From positions 746-64,745 of the forward strand of contig JANNSS010000043.1 of assembly GCA_031402955.1 (NCBI GenBank): 64,000 bases of DNA, written 5' to 3'. Made by a program: the position numbers and the translations under genes. Source of the DNA: Saprospiraceae bacterium (GTDB lineage: Bacteria > Bacteroidota > Bacteroidia > Chitinophagales > Saprospiraceae). Every line of letters starts with the position of its first letter. Within the stretch, counting starts at the first letter, position 1. Positions 26,020 to 35,789 of the stretch are shown here, in pieces. Below the pieces are notes generated by a model, which was given only the letters and a program-made list of their open reading frames with translations, was not told the DNA's origin and searched no databases.

Positions 26020-26913
26020 TTATTTTTCTAATTCAACATAGAATATTAAATCTGCATTTTCAGGGATGACCGGTGGTGATCCGGCTGCACCATATCCTAA
26101 GGAAGCAGGAATAAACAGTGTTGCTTTTGCTCCTTTGTTCAATAACATGATTCCTTCATCCCATCCCGGAATGACCTGGCCCATACCCAAAGGAAACTGG
26201 TAAGGTTGGCCTGCTTTGAATGATGTGTCAAACATCTTGGCATCAGCATCCAGCATACCATAATAATGAACAGAAACCTGGTCGCTTTTTGCAGGCTTGG
26301 TTCCTTCTTCACCAGCTTCATGGATGATGTAGCGAAGGCCTGAAGTTGTTGTTTGCATCTGGCTGGCTAAATCACCTTTCTTGTAAGCATCCCAGTTTGT
26401 CTTGGTTAATGCTTCAATTTCTGGTAACCTGTCGCGAACGACTTGTCTTACTTTCTCCTGTTCTTTTTGAGTAGAATCGGAATGTGCCTGGAACTGAGCT
26501 TCGTCCATGACATCAACGATACCTACACGATAGACGAGGGGCTCTGTAAATGCCTCAAAACCCGGAGGGAGCCTGTCAAAAGAGTCGATAGGGAAAAAGA
26601 AATGTAAACTGTCACCTTCATGCAAGGTGGCCATGATATCGACAAGAGCTTTAAGCTGACCGTAGCTCTTGTTGTCTTCCATAAGTTTCAGTACAGAAGG
26701 TTTGCCCATGGTTGCGGTGGTTTGCAGGATGGAGTCCTTTTGTGCCAATGCCATATTGAAGAAGACGTAACTATTGACCGGGATAGGATCGGACCCACCT
26801 TTACGGACAATCTGGTATTCGTAACCTGAATCCGCTTTGATTCGACGGCCTTCAGAAGCGCATCCTGCAATAAAGAGGACGCAGAGCAGAGAAAAGAAAA
26901 TGTTATTGTTCAT
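26020..26913 (-). CDS. FKBP-type peptidyl-prolyl isomerase lipoprotein
   Basis: 297 aa with the lipobox FIAGC. The C-terminal FKBP domain reads VSVHYYGMLDADAKMFDTSF...GMGQVIPGWDEGIMLL...IPASLGYG. Confidence 0.85.
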   Translation of the reverse strand: MNNNIFFSLLCVLFIAGCASEGRRIKADSGYEYQIVRKGGSDPIPVNSYVFFNMALAQKDSILQTTATMGKPSVLKLMEDNKSYGQLKALVDIMATLHEGDSLHFFFPIDSFDRLPPGFEAFTEPLVYRVGIVDVMDEAQFQAHSDSTQKEQEKVRQVVRDRLPEIEALTKTNWDAYKKGDLASQMQTTTSGLRYIIHEAGEEGTKPAKSDQVSVHYYGMLDADAKMFDTSFKAGQPYQFPLGMGQVIPGWDEGIMLLNKGAKATLFIPASLGYGAAGSPPVIPENADLIFYVELEK

Positions 26914-27910
26914 GTTGTAATTGATATGCGTTCATTGTTAGTGGAATAATCTCTTTAACCTTCGCCAGGGTTTCCTCCATGGAGGCCTTGAGCTGTCCTC
27001 CTGAGGCGTTCCTGTGTCCGCCTCCATTGAAATGGGTATGGCAGATCTCCTGGACATTGATGTTGCCTTTAGAGCGAAAAGACAGTTTTGTGACATTTTG
27101 CTGTTCAGAAACGAAAACAGCCATCTTCATGTTGCGGACCATCAGGATGTAGTTGACTATACCTTCCGTGTCCCCTCTTCCGATAGACCAGTTCTTGTAA
27201 TCATCCCTATCAAGCCAGATAATACCTGTCTGATATTCGGTCATCAGTTCCATGCGGTTTGCAAGACAATGGCCTAACAGCTTAAGTTGCTTTTCGGTCA
27301 TGCTATTGAACAGACGGATCTGTAATATATAATCATCCATCCCCATTCGCTTGAGGGCGGCAGCTATTTCAAAGACATGTGGATTGGTTGCGTACCGGAA
27401 AGAACCAGTGTCCATCAGTATGCCTGTATAGAGGGCTTCTGCAACATTCACATCAATGTATCCTTCAAGCTTGTTGTCCACCAGGAAATCATAGACAAGC
27501 TCTGCGGTGGAACTTGCTTCAGTTTTAGATAGGATATGATCCGCAAATGGTTCAGGATCGATATGGTGATCAATCAGAATTTTTACGGCACTGGATGCCA
27601 TCACATCTAATCCAAAACGGTCAATCCTGTCGAGTGAATTGAAATCGAGGCAAAAAATAATATCTGCTTTTTCAAAGGCAGCCATCGCCAGTTCAGGGTT
27701 CATTTCCCCTATAATTGCTTTATCCACTCCATGGAGGAAATTAAACAACGGTGGAAAGTCATTAGGCAACACCACGGTAACGGTATGAAGCAATTTGTGG
27801 AGTACGGCGGCAAGCGCGAGTGTGGAGCCCAGAGCATCTCCATCGGGATTCTTGTGGGTGACGATCACCACACGCGAAGGCTGCCGAATTAAATGGTATA
27901 CTGAATCCAC
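26903..27910 (-). CDS. nrnA: DHH/DHHA1 phosphoesterase (NrnA-like oligoribonuclease/pAp phosphatase)
   Basis: Motifs HKNPDGDALGS, DHH (LIDHHID) and GGGHRNASG are present. Confidence 0.8.
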   Translation of the reverse strand: MDSVYHLIRQPSRVVIVTHKNPDGDALGSTLALAAVLHKLLHTVTVVLPNDFPPLFNFLHGVDKAIIGEMNPELAMAAFEKADIIFCLDFNSLDRIDRFGLDVMASSAVKILIDHHIDPEPFADHILSKTEASSTAELVYDFLVDNKLEGYIDVNVAEALYTGILMDTGSFRYATNPHVFEIAAALKRMGMDDYILQIRLFNSMTEKQLKLLGHCLANRMELMTEYQTGIIWLDRDDYKNWSIGRGDTEGIVNYILMVRNMKMAVFVSEQQNVTKLSFRSKGNINVQEICHTHFNGGGHRNASGGQLKASMEETLAKVKEIIPLTMNAYQLQHEQ

Positions 27911-27975
27911 GTTTTAACTACTTGATTTTTTCAGGCCGCAAAGGTCTTATTTTATTATGATACGACCAAATATGC

Positions 27976-27983
27976 TAAATTTG
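27976..27983 (+). promoter_or_regulatory. -7 box TAAATTTG for ndk
   Basis: Matches TAnnTTTG, 39 nt upstream of the ATG. Confidence 0.5.
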
Positions 27984-28021
27984 CGCCCCATTCAGGCACA
28001 AAACAATACAATCCAACATAA

Positions 28022-28444
28022 ATGGCAAGTAATATAACTTTTACAATGATCAAACCTGATGCTGTTGCAGCAGGTCATATTGGCGCTATCCTGGCTCAAA
28101 TCAACAAAGCGGGCTTTACCATAGTAGCTATGAAATATACCAAACTTTCAGCCGAAAAGGCAGGTGAATTTTATGATGTCCACAAGGAAAGAGGCTTTTT
28201 CGGAGAGTTGGTTGACTTTATGTCTTCGGGGCCGATTGTTGCTGCTGTACTTGAAAAAGACAATGCAGTTGAAGATTTCAGAACCTTGATCGGAGCTACC
28301 GACCCCGCTAAAGCGGCACCTGGCACGATTCGCGCTTTATTCGCTAAAAATATAGGTGAGAATGCTGTCCACGGCTCAGATTCAGATGAAAATGCCCTAA
28401 TTGAGGCTTCATTTCATTTTTCAAGGATGGAAATGTTTCGATAA
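28022..28444 (+). CDS. ndk: Nucleoside-diphosphate kinase
   Basis: 140 aa with FTMIKPDAV and NAVHGSDS (active-site His). Confidence 0.95.
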   Translation: MASNITFTMIKPDAVAAGHIGAILAQINKAGFTIVAMKYTKLSAEKAGEFYDVHKERGFFGELVDFMSSGPIVAAVLEKDNAVEDFRTLIGATDPAKAAPGTIRALFAKNIGENAVHGSDSDENALIEASFHFSRMEMFR

Positions 28445-28524
28445 GAATCCTTCCAAATCATCCCTTTTTTCAATATTTAGCTAGTTGTCCTTTACCAACA
28501 CCAGACAGTGTTAGTAGCGTTTCC

Positions 28525-29793
28525 CTAATGCTTATCCAGGTCACGAAAACGTTTCAAAAGCTCCTCAACATTCATATCCGGGGCGGTTTCTGTATAAGCT
28601 ATTTGACTGAGTTCGTTCGCCGCATGCTCAATGGGAACGTCAGGAAAAAAATGATCCCGCATATAATGTATATACCTGATCATCATAAAGGAATTGAAAT
28701 ACCTGAAAAATCGTCGACGGAAATTAGCATAGGTTGAGGTGTGCAATAAAATTTCCCGGCAATGGTCTGCAAAGTCAATTTGCTTTAGAAAGGAAATGAG
28801 GTCTGGATGTAGATTCAACTTAAGCAATCCGGCTTCAAACCTTTCGTCTTCATCGGATTGACTGAGCATTTTTCTTACTTCATCTGTTTGATGCAAGAGA
28901 GGTTTAATCAATCGGAAGACGATAAAATCTGCGGTCATCCATGCTGAATTACCAGGCAACAACTGCGACATTGCACGACCTGTTCCAAAGGGAACCCGAT
29001 CAGAAATTCTTGCGGATGGATAGACTGTCGTGTCTCTTATTTCTTCCAAACTATCTACCTCGATAAACTTCTGTAGAAAATAAAAGTCCTCCCCTGCCTG
29101 CCTTGTATTCATTCCGCCATGAGCAAGGTATCCCTGACGACGCACAGCCATTGACGAACCCACTGTCTGAAAAGCGAAAGGATGGCCGGCCCATCTCATC
29201 GCCTGGACGAGGTAACGCAAATGAAGCTCATATTGGATGATGGCATGCCTTTCATACTGTTCAAGGATATCCAGGTCATGTTGATAATAAATGGAAACTG
29301 CATGACAGGCAGGGTGAATTTGAAAATAATCATATACCTCCCTGAGATAATTTCGTGCTACCGTGCAATCACTATCAAGGCACAACATGATGCCTTCCTG
29401 GCTGAGTAATCGGGCTGCTTCATCCAATACCATTTTTCGGGCCCAACCTACTCCACCTTTTAGATCAGGTAAATCTTTCAGAAAAACAGGTCGGAACTTT
29501 AATTCTTCCTGTTGATGTGCGTTGATCCATACAATGGTCTCCAACCAGGTATTCTGATGAGAAACAACTTCGGCCTCAGTCATTCGGCTACTCATATTGA
29601 AAAGAAGGATCACTTCTACCTGAATTTGCGGCAATTCACACGCCAGGAGTGATTCCAGTGTAGTGATTAGGTCTGGCTCGGCATACACCGGAATACACAC
29701 TATCATGCCAGGAGAAGTCTCGCCTGCCTCCAGGTTAATTGGATACGTTTTATAACGGGCTGAATATTTCTGCCAGTGGATATCTTCAGGCAT
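28525..29793 (-). CDS. Glycosyltransferase family 2-like protein with a C-terminal extension
   Basis: 422 aa. The GT-A N-terminus reads VCIPVYAEPDLITTLESLLACE, with a DxD-like LDSDCTV. Confidence 0.6.
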   Translation of the reverse strand: MPEDIHWQKYSARYKTYPINLEAGETSPGMIVCIPVYAEPDLITTLESLLACELPQIQVEVILLFNMSSRMTEAEVVSHQNTWLETIVWINAHQQEELKFRPVFLKDLPDLKGGVGWARKMVLDEAARLLSQEGIMLCLDSDCTVARNYLREVYDYFQIHPACHAVSIYYQHDLDILEQYERHAIIQYELHLRYLVQAMRWAGHPFAFQTVGSSMAVRRQGYLAHGGMNTRQAGEDFYFLQKFIEVDSLEEIRDTTVYPSARISDRVPFGTGRAMSQLLPGNSAWMTADFIVFRLIKPLLHQTDEVRKMLSQSDEDERFEAGLLKLNLHPDLISFLKQIDFADHCREILLHTSTYANFRRRFFRYFNSFMMIRYIHYMRDHFFPDVPIEHAANELSQIAYTETAPDMNVEELLKRFRDLDKH

Positions 29794-29825
29794 CGTAGTT
29801 AACTTTGCATTTCAAGTGTAAGCCC

Positions 29826-30470
29826 ATGAATAGTTGCATCGCGGGGATCCAATATATACCTTCTATCGAATACTTTGCACATTGGCTGCATCACAGCCTG
29901 CTTACGATCGAACAACATGAACATTTTCAAAAGAGAACCTGGCGCAATAAAACAGCTATACTGAGTCCTGATGAACCATTGTACCTCACCATTCCCTTGC
30001 GGAAGGGTAAGCATCAGCAAAAGCTAATTTCAGACGTACGTATAGCTTATGATGAAGCATGGATCAATATACATCTCAGAAGTCTAAAAGCGGCGTATGG
30101 CAGGACTGCCTATTTCGATGAAGTCATCAGTGGATTTGAAGACATCCTGATGATCAAATATGAGCGGCTCTGGGATCTGAACATAAGCTGCCTTCAATAC
30201 ATTACAACCCTAATCGGCGGCAGATGGGATTTTGAACTAAGCAATACCTACCTACTTCAATATCCAATTGAAATCGTTGATCTCCGGGCAGGCGTTCCGG
30301 GAGGAGAAAGCTGGAAAAAAATGGTTGAGTTGCCATCTTACCAACAGATACAACGTCTTCATAAATCACATCTCCCAAACCTCAGTATCTTCGATGTACT
30401 TTGTCATCTCGGGCCTGAAACCAATAGTTATCTGGCCCGGTATGCCACCAAACTCTATGATAAGCCATGA
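29826..30470 (+). CDS. WbqC-like family protein
   Basis: The N-terminus IAGIQYIPSIEYFAHW...EHFQKRTWRNKTAILSPDEPLYLTIPL resembles the WbqC family (PF08889). The first ATG is at 29826, only 32 nt from the divergent GT2 start. Confidence 0.55.
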   Translation: MNSCIAGIQYIPSIEYFAHWLHHSLLTIEQHEHFQKRTWRNKTAILSPDEPLYLTIPLRKGKHQQKLISDVRIAYDEAWINIHLRSLKAAYGRTAYFDEVISGFEDILMIKYERLWDLNISCLQYITTLIGGRWDFELSNTYLLQYPIEIVDLRAGVPGGESWKKMVELPSYQQIQRLHKSHLPNLSIFDVLCHLGPETNSYLARYATKLYDKP

Positions 30471-32194
30471 TGAAGGTTATAGATGAGAAATTACAGGAAC
30501 AGAAAGGGGAACTGAAACATATACTTCAGCGACTTCAACAATTTACTCACCGCATTTCGCATGCGGAATCTGCCAGGATACTAGCGGATCTCAGGGACAG
30601 GATAGATGAGCCCTTCATGTTTGTGATCGTTGGTGAAGTAAAAGCAGGCAAAAGTTCTTTTATTAATGCCCTGCTAGGCGAACCTGATCTATGTGCCGTA
30701 GCTCCCTCTCCCATGACGGATACTATCCAGCAAATACTTTATGGGGAGGTAATGAAAACAGAAGAAGTCAGTCCGTACTTCAAGCGAATATTTCAACCGA
30801 GTGACATCTTAAAAGACATCGCCATCGTTGACACCCCTGGCACAAACACCATCATCGCTCATCACCAGGAAATCACAGAACGCTTTATTCCCGGTGCGGA
30901 TTTAATTGTCTTTGTATTTGAATCCAAAAACCCATACCGGCAATCTGCCTGGGATTTTTTTGATTTTATGCATGAAGAGTGGCACAAGAAAATCGTCTTT
31001 GTCCTGCAGCAAAAGGACCTGATGGAACTATCGGACCTTGAAATCAATAAAAAAGGAGTGATCGACTATGCTCATCAAAAGGGCATTAAGCAACCTATAG
31101 TCTTTGCAGTTTCCGCCAAAGAGGAATTAGCCGGTTACCATCAGCAAAGCGGGTTTGAACCTTTAAAGACGTTTATCCTTGATCAGGTAACTGGCGGTAA
31201 GGCGCAACAACACAAACTCATCAGCACTTCTGATACCGTCCTTAGTATTATAACCAAGCTGGAAAAGGGTCTGGAGGACCGGCAGTTACAACTCGATGCA
31301 GACGTTGCCTTCCGTCAGGATATCAAATGGACACTGACAGATCATGGTCAACAAGCAAAACACCAGGCAGACATCCTCATTGAAAATCTTATGGCTGCTT
31401 ATGACCGGGTTGCAGGGAAGTATGAAGATGAATTGAGTGATGCTATCTCTTTTTTCCCGGTATTGAAAAGATCAATCAGTGCTATATTCTCAAAATCCCA
31501 ATCCTTAAAGTCCTGGCTGGAAGCATTCACTCATCGGCTACAGGCTGATTTCGGCACTGGGATGCAGGAGAAGATTAATGATCGGGTTCTCGACCTCGCT
31601 GAAAGTATCCAGCAAATGGCCCATAATATTGATCTGCAAATCCGGAATAGTAAAACGATACTTGCCAATGATCATGAGATATTTTCCGAGATCGCCCAAA
31701 GAAGGCAAAATGTACTGAGGGAATTACGCGACGCATTTGACCAGTTTCTGAATCGAACTGAAAACTTTACGACAAAAGGCGTCGTGAACACGGATACACG
31801 TGTTGGCACCAATGTAGCAGCGGGCAGTGGTGTTGCCGTCGTAGGTATCATCCTGGCTGCAGTGACACAAGGAATGGTGTTTGACATCACAGGAGGTGTC
31901 CTTACTGCTTTAGGATTTCTCGTAGCTGGAGTCACGCTTGGCCTTCAGCGCGGGAAAGTAATGAAGCAGTACAGAAATGAGATGGAAAAAGGTCGTAAGA
32001 GGCTGCAAGAGGAACTTGCTGCCGAATTGTATGCTTATATCGAGACCTTAAAAACCAAAATGAATGATCATTTTACAAAATTTGACGAGCTCATTCAATT
32101 GGAAACAGCAGAATTATCAACACTTGTCCAGGGTTTGAAAAGCATTAAAACCGATCTGGAAAACATCCAAAAGGTAGTTTCAAGGGCCTTTTGA
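30467..32194 (+). CDS. Bacterial dynamin-like GTPase with a C-terminal membrane hairpin
   Basis: 575 aa with G1 GEVKAGKSS, G3 DTPGTN and G4-like QQKD. It has long coiled stalk segments and a Gly/Ala-rich hydrophobic paddle (VGTNVAAGSGVAVVGIILAAV...ALGFLVAGVTLGL). Its start overlaps the WbqC stop in ATGATGA. Confidence 0.7.
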   Translation: MMKVIDEKLQEQKGELKHILQRLQQFTHRISHAESARILADLRDRIDEPFMFVIVGEVKAGKSSFINALLGEPDLCAVAPSPMTDTIQQILYGEVMKTEEVSPYFKRIFQPSDILKDIAIVDTPGTNTIIAHHQEITERFIPGADLIVFVFESKNPYRQSAWDFFDFMHEEWHKKIVFVLQQKDLMELSDLEINKKGVIDYAHQKGIKQPIVFAVSAKEELAGYHQQSGFEPLKTFILDQVTGGKAQQHKLISTSDTVLSIITKLEKGLEDRQLQLDADVAFRQDIKWTLTDHGQQAKHQADILIENLMAAYDRVAGKYEDELSDAISFFPVLKRSISAIFSKSQSLKSWLEAFTHRLQADFGTGMQEKINDRVLDLAESIQQMAHNIDLQIRNSKTILANDHEIFSEIAQRRQNVLRELRDAFDQFLNRTENFTTKGVVNTDTRVGTNVAAGSGVAVVGIILAAVTQGMVFDITGGVLTALGFLVAGVTLGLQRGKVMKQYRNEMEKGRKRLQEELAAELYAYIETLKTKMNDHFTKFDELIQLETAELSTLVQGLKSIKTDLENIQKVVSRAF

Positions 32195-32266
32195 CCCCAG
32201 CTTCGGTGGTTGGCGTAGAGAATAGAAAAACGCTCTCCACGACGCTACATCCATCGGCTGGCTATG

Positions 32267-32398
32267 GCCGTTGCAGGAGCGCCGCACTAAGCGGAGTCAA
32301 AGTGTTTGCTCCTGCAACTATGAGGATTCCAATATAGTATCTCAATAGGAATTCCATTGGTTATCCATTTGGTTGCAGGAGCAAACTCCTGCAACGGC
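32267..32398. repeat. Nested palindromic element with 13-nt perfect inverted termini (GCCGTTGCAGGAG / CTCCTGCAACGGC) and four copies of GTTGCAGGAG(C)
   Basis: Hairpin 1 pairs 32270-32280 with 32308-32318. Hairpin 2 pairs 32372-32381 with 32386-32395 around a CAAA loop. Coordinates are corrected by +1 to match the ORF track. Confidence 0.85.
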
Positions 32399-32482
32399 AC
32401 CCCCTGATATTAGCCGGAATATTCCCGGGACACAGTTCATTCCTTGATTTTCCATGCTTTTACGGTTTAATGCAAGTTCATT

Positions 32483-32508
32483 TGTAACAAAAGTTCGCTT
32501 GTCACGTC
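32483..32508 (+). promoter_or_regulatory. Candidate ECF-type promoter TGTAAC-N16-CGTC, immediately upstream of the ECF sigma gene
   Basis: The -35-like AAC motif and -10-like CGTC are separated by a 16-nt spacer. CGTC ends 3 nt before ATG 32512, which would make the mRNA almost leaderless. Confidence 0.35.
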
Positions 32509-32511
32509 AAT

Positions 32512-33054
32512 ATGCCTGAAATGAATGCTGAACAATACGAAGCCGTATTTCATAAGATAAAAGACAAACTCTACAGGTATGCCTTTAGGTTTGTGAAAGA
32601 CAGCGAGTCTGCAGAAGATGTTGTTCAGGATGTCATGTACAAACTCTGGCAAAAACGGGACGAAGCAGATGGCATTGAAAATCTGGAAGCATGGTTGATG
32701 GTCCTCACCCGTAACAGATCACTTGATATGCTGCGGAAAATGAAGGATAATCATGTGAGTGTGGACGAGGCTTATACTGTCAGCGATAAAGCTCCGGTAG
32801 CCGATAAACTCATGGAAACTGCTGATCTGATGAGCCTTTTGATGTCATGTCTGAATCAACTACCAGAAAAACAACGCAGCATATTTCATCTGCGTGAAAT
32901 TGAGCAAATGACTTATGAAGAAATAGCCCAGCAGACAGGATTCAACCTGGATGATGTCAAGGTGAATCTCTTCAGGGCAAGAAAACACATACAGCGCATG
33001 GTCAGCAAGACCGACACTTTTGGACTCTATCAACACAATACAACTCATGGATAA
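32512..33054 (+). CDS. ECF-type RNA polymerase sigma factor
   Basis: 180 aa with region 2 (DVVQDVMYKLWQ) and region 4 (LPEKQRSIFHLREIEQMTYEEIA). Confidence 0.85.
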   Translation: MPEMNAEQYEAVFHKIKDKLYRYAFRFVKDSESAEDVVQDVMYKLWQKRDEADGIENLEAWLMVLTRNRSLDMLRKMKDNHVSVDEAYTVSDKAPVADKLMETADLMSLLMSCLNQLPEKQRSIFHLREIEQMTYEEIAQQTGFNLDDVKVNLFRARKHIQRMVSKTDTFGLYQHNTTHG

Positions 33055-33511
33055 TAACCTTCTTGAAAAATACTGGAATGCAGAAACTTCCTCACAGGAG
33101 GAGGAACAACTCCTTCAGCATCTGAAAGGATCCAACAGCCCGGAAGGTGCATATTTCAAGATGATCGTCGAAGCCCGCCAGCAAGAAAGTAAGCTAACTA
33201 TCGACGACATCAAGTCTTACAATCAAAGACAATTGCTTGCTACCTCCGGCCCGAAGGTCCTTCCACTATATCGCTGGATCGCCAGCGCAGCTGCTATTAT
33301 TGCTTTTGTTGCTGCTGGCATCGGACTCTGGAATTACAGCCAGCTAGCCACACAAAACACACAAATGGCTGAAACATTTGAAGACCCATACAAAGCTTAC
33401 GAAGAAGTTCGTGAAGCCCTGGCTTTTGTTTCCGCCAAATTAAACAAATCACAAGGCGACGCCATGCTCAATATCAAGAAGGCAGGCGAATATGCTGAAA
33501 TGTTTAAATAA
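33047..33511 (+). CDS. Putative anti-sigma/membrane protein of the ECF module
   Basis: The start MDNNLLEKYW overlaps the sigma stop in ATGGATAA. It has a single TM helix (IASAAAIIAFVAAGIGLW). The call rests on position only. Confidence 0.45.
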   Translation: MDNNLLEKYWNAETSSQEEEQLLQHLKGSNSPEGAYFKMIVEARQQESKLTIDDIKSYNQRQLLATSGPKVLPLYRWIASAAAIIAFVAAGIGLWNYSQLATQNTQMAETFEDPYKAYEEVREALAFVSAKLNKSQGDAMLNIKKAGEYAEMFK

Positions 33512-33545
33512 ATCAATTCGTCACTTTCATACAATTCATACTAAT

Positions 33546-34061
33546 ATGAAATCTATTTGCTTTTCTTTTTTAGCCGTGCTTTTCACGTCGCTGTCTTCCT
33601 TCGCACAGGAAGATGCCATCACCAAATACTTCAACAAGTATATGGATGATGAAAAATTCAGCGTAGTGTACATCAGTCCGAAAATGTTCAGCATGGTCTC
33701 TAAGATTGAGATCGAGGACATGGAACCGGAACTGCAGGAAGTCATTAAAAGCATGAAAGGGCTCCGGATCCTCCATACGGAGCAAAACGCCCTTCAGTAT
33801 TACAATGACGCGCTCAAAACCATCAATACCAGCGAATACGAATTGCTGCTGACGGCCAGAGGCGAAGGGGAAAATGTCAGGTTTATGGTCAAGGACAATG
33901 GCGACATCGTTGAGGAGTTGCTGATGATCGTTGGTGGCAGCGAAAATTTCGCCCTGCTAAGCTTTATCGGCAATATTGACCTCAAGAAGATTGGCAAACT
34001 TGCCAAGGCCCTGGATATTGACAATATGCAATACCTGGAAAACCTGGATAAAAAGAACTAA
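33546..34061 (+). CDS. DUF4252-like secreted protein
   Basis: After the signal peptide comes AITKYFNKYMDDEKFSVVYISPKMFSM, typical of DUF4252 proteins that follow ECF sigma genes in Bacteroidota. Confidence 0.6.
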   Translation: MKSICFSFLAVLFTSLSSFAQEDAITKYFNKYMDDEKFSVVYISPKMFSMVSKIEIEDMEPELQEVIKSMKGLRILHTEQNALQYYNDALKTINTSEYELLLTARGEGENVRFMVKDNGDIVEELLMIVGGSENFALLSFIGNIDLKKIGKLAKALDIDNMQYLENLDKKN

Positions 34062-34129
34062 ATTCACGGGACGTAAGTCTTTAACCTGATTTCTTCCTTA
34101 AGTTCCAATAAGCCTGGAACCCCAATAAG

Positions 34130-34162
34130 AAAAGCCATTCCGGATCACCTGGAATGGCTTTT
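34130..34162. terminator. Bidirectional terminator between the DUF4252 gene and rpoD
   Basis: 12-bp arms AAAAGCCATTCC / GGAATGGCTTTT. Confidence 0.75.
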
Positions 34163-34212
34163 ACCTTTATACTGAACTTGCTAACACAACACAGCCTGCT
34201 TATGGAACAGTG

Positions 34213-35082
34213 TTAAGCGCCAAGGTAGTTTTTAAGCAATTTACTTCTGCTGGCCGACCTGAGTTTATTAATGGCTTTGTCCTTAATCTGACGCACGCGC
34301 TCGCGGGTAAGTCCAAAGCGATCTCCGATATCCTCCAGAGACAAAGGGTGTTCTACACCGATGCCAAAATATAATTTGATGACATCGGCCTGACGATCAG
34401 TGAGTGTACCTAAAGAACGGTCAATTTCTCTTCGAAGTGATTCAAGATATTCAAGGCCTGCATCGGTACCGGGTGTATTTGGGTTCTCCAGTACATCCAG
34501 CAATGAGTTGTCTTCTCCATCTACAAATGGTGCATCCATGGATACGTGACGGGCAGCAACACCAAGGGTGGTTTCAACCTCATCAGCTGATATTTCCAGT
34601 ATGGTAGCAAGTTCTTCGGAAGATGGTTCACGTTCAAACTCCTGCTCAAGTTGTGAGAAAGCTCTGTTGATCTTGTTAAGCGAACCTACCTTATTGAGGG
34701 GTAAACGTACAATCCTGGATTGCTCAGCTAATGCCTGGAGGATCGATTGACGAATCCACCAAACGGCATAGGAGATAAACTTGAATCCTCTGGTTTCGTC
34801 AAATCGTTGAGCAGCCTTGATAAGTCCGAGGTTTCCTTCATTGATAAGGTCACTGAGGGAGAGGCCTTGATTCTGATATTGCTTGGCAACAGAAACGACA
34901 AACCTGAGGTTTGCCTTCGTCAGCGTTTCGAGAGCGATCTGGTCACCCTGCTTGATTTTTTTAGCAAGATCAACTTCCTTTTCAGGCGTCAAGAGATCAA
35001 CCTTCCCGATTTCCTGAAGGTATTTTTCAAGGGACTGACTCTCCCTGTTTGTAATTGATTTTGTGATCTTAAGCTGCCTCAT
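34213..35082 (-). CDS. rpoD: Primary RNA polymerase sigma factor (short Bacteroidota type)
   Basis: 289 aa with region 2 ([13 protein letters not shown]), region 4 ([14 protein letters not shown]...[19 protein letters not shown]) and the N-terminus [15 protein letters not shown]. Confidence 0.92.
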   Translation of the reverse strand: MRQLKITKSITNRESQSLEKYLQEIGKVDLLTPEKEVDLAKKIKQGDQIALETLTKANLRFVVSVAKQYQNQGLSLSDLINEGNLGLIKAAQRFDETRGFKFISYAVWWIRQSILQALAEQSRIVRLPLNKVGSLNKINRAFSQLEQEFEREPSSEELATILEISADEVETTLGVAARHVSMDAPFVDGEDNSLLDVLENPNTPGTDAGLEYLESLRREIDRSLGTLTDRQADVIKLYFGIGVEHPLSLEDIGDRFGLTRERVRQIKDKAINKLRSASRSKLLKNYLGA

Positions 35083-35164
35083 GGCATAGAATTAATTAAA
35101 ATGTTCTGGTCAAAGGAGGAGACAAAAAACGTTCCTAAAACTAATGATGTCTCCAAAAGAGGCG

Positions 35165-35172
35165 CAAAAGTA
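35165..35172 (-). promoter_or_regulatory. -7 box TACTTTTG for rpoD
   Basis: Matches TAnnTTTG, 83 nt upstream of the ATG. Confidence 0.5.
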
Positions 35173-35404
35173 CGTTTTTATGTCGTCCCATCCATTTATT
35201 TTCTTTTTAATGGCCTCATTTTACCATACTTGCAGATTATTTCCTGAAAGCCAGTGAAGCAAAGCGGGATGGTCTTCATGACAGAAACATAATGTCCTTA
35301 GAGGAAAAAAAGTTCAATTGTTTGTAATATTCAGGAATTCTGTTTTATTTACGCCCAACTGGATGCAGAAGACCCTCAAAAGGGCTCTCAATCAATTTAA
35401 ACTT

Positions 35405-35782
35405 ATGAAGCGAATACCTGTAGATCTCGAATATATCTTTAAAGCCTCGCCGGCGATATTGTACAAGTTTCTGACCACACCTGCATGTCTGGTGAGGTGG
35501 TTTTGTGATGGCGTTGATATCAACGGAGACGTCTACACGTTTTCCTGGGATGGCAGTGAAGAGAATGCTGAAGTGGTGGATGACATTGAGGAAGAAAGAC
35601 TTCGCTTCAAATGGGAAGGTGCTCCCCGCCATGAATACCTTGAATTTAGGATGTACCTCTCCCCTGTTACGGAAGAAACCGTTCTTGAGATTACTGACTT
35701 CGCCAATGAAAAGGAAGTTGATGACCTGAAGAGGTTATGGGATAGCCAGATTAAGAATTTACGTCAGGAAACCGGAGGATAA
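35405..35782 (+). CDS. START/AHSA1-like (SRPBCC) domain protein
   Basis: About 125 aa (IFKASPAILYKFLTTPACLVRWF...). The start is chosen at MKRIPV; the track ORF extends upstream to 35318. Confidence 0.55.
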   Translation: MKRIPVDLEYIFKASPAILYKFLTTPACLVRWFCDGVDINGDVYTFSWDGSEENAEVVDDIEEERLRFKWEGAPRHEYLEFRMYLSPVTEETVLEITDFANEKEVDDLKRLWDSQIKNLRQETGG

Positions 35783-35789
35783 CCCATAA

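Noticed and set aside
32161-32520. An apparent 1-nt discrepancy (possible frameshift or pseudogene) at the end of the dynamin-like gene and the start of the ECF sigma gene
   Set aside because: My hand reading of A-runs across two line breaks (32160/61 and 32520/21) gave one A too few and one too many. The ORF-track translations on both strands are self-consistent, so I attribute this to my counting and shifted my coordinates in this interval by +1.
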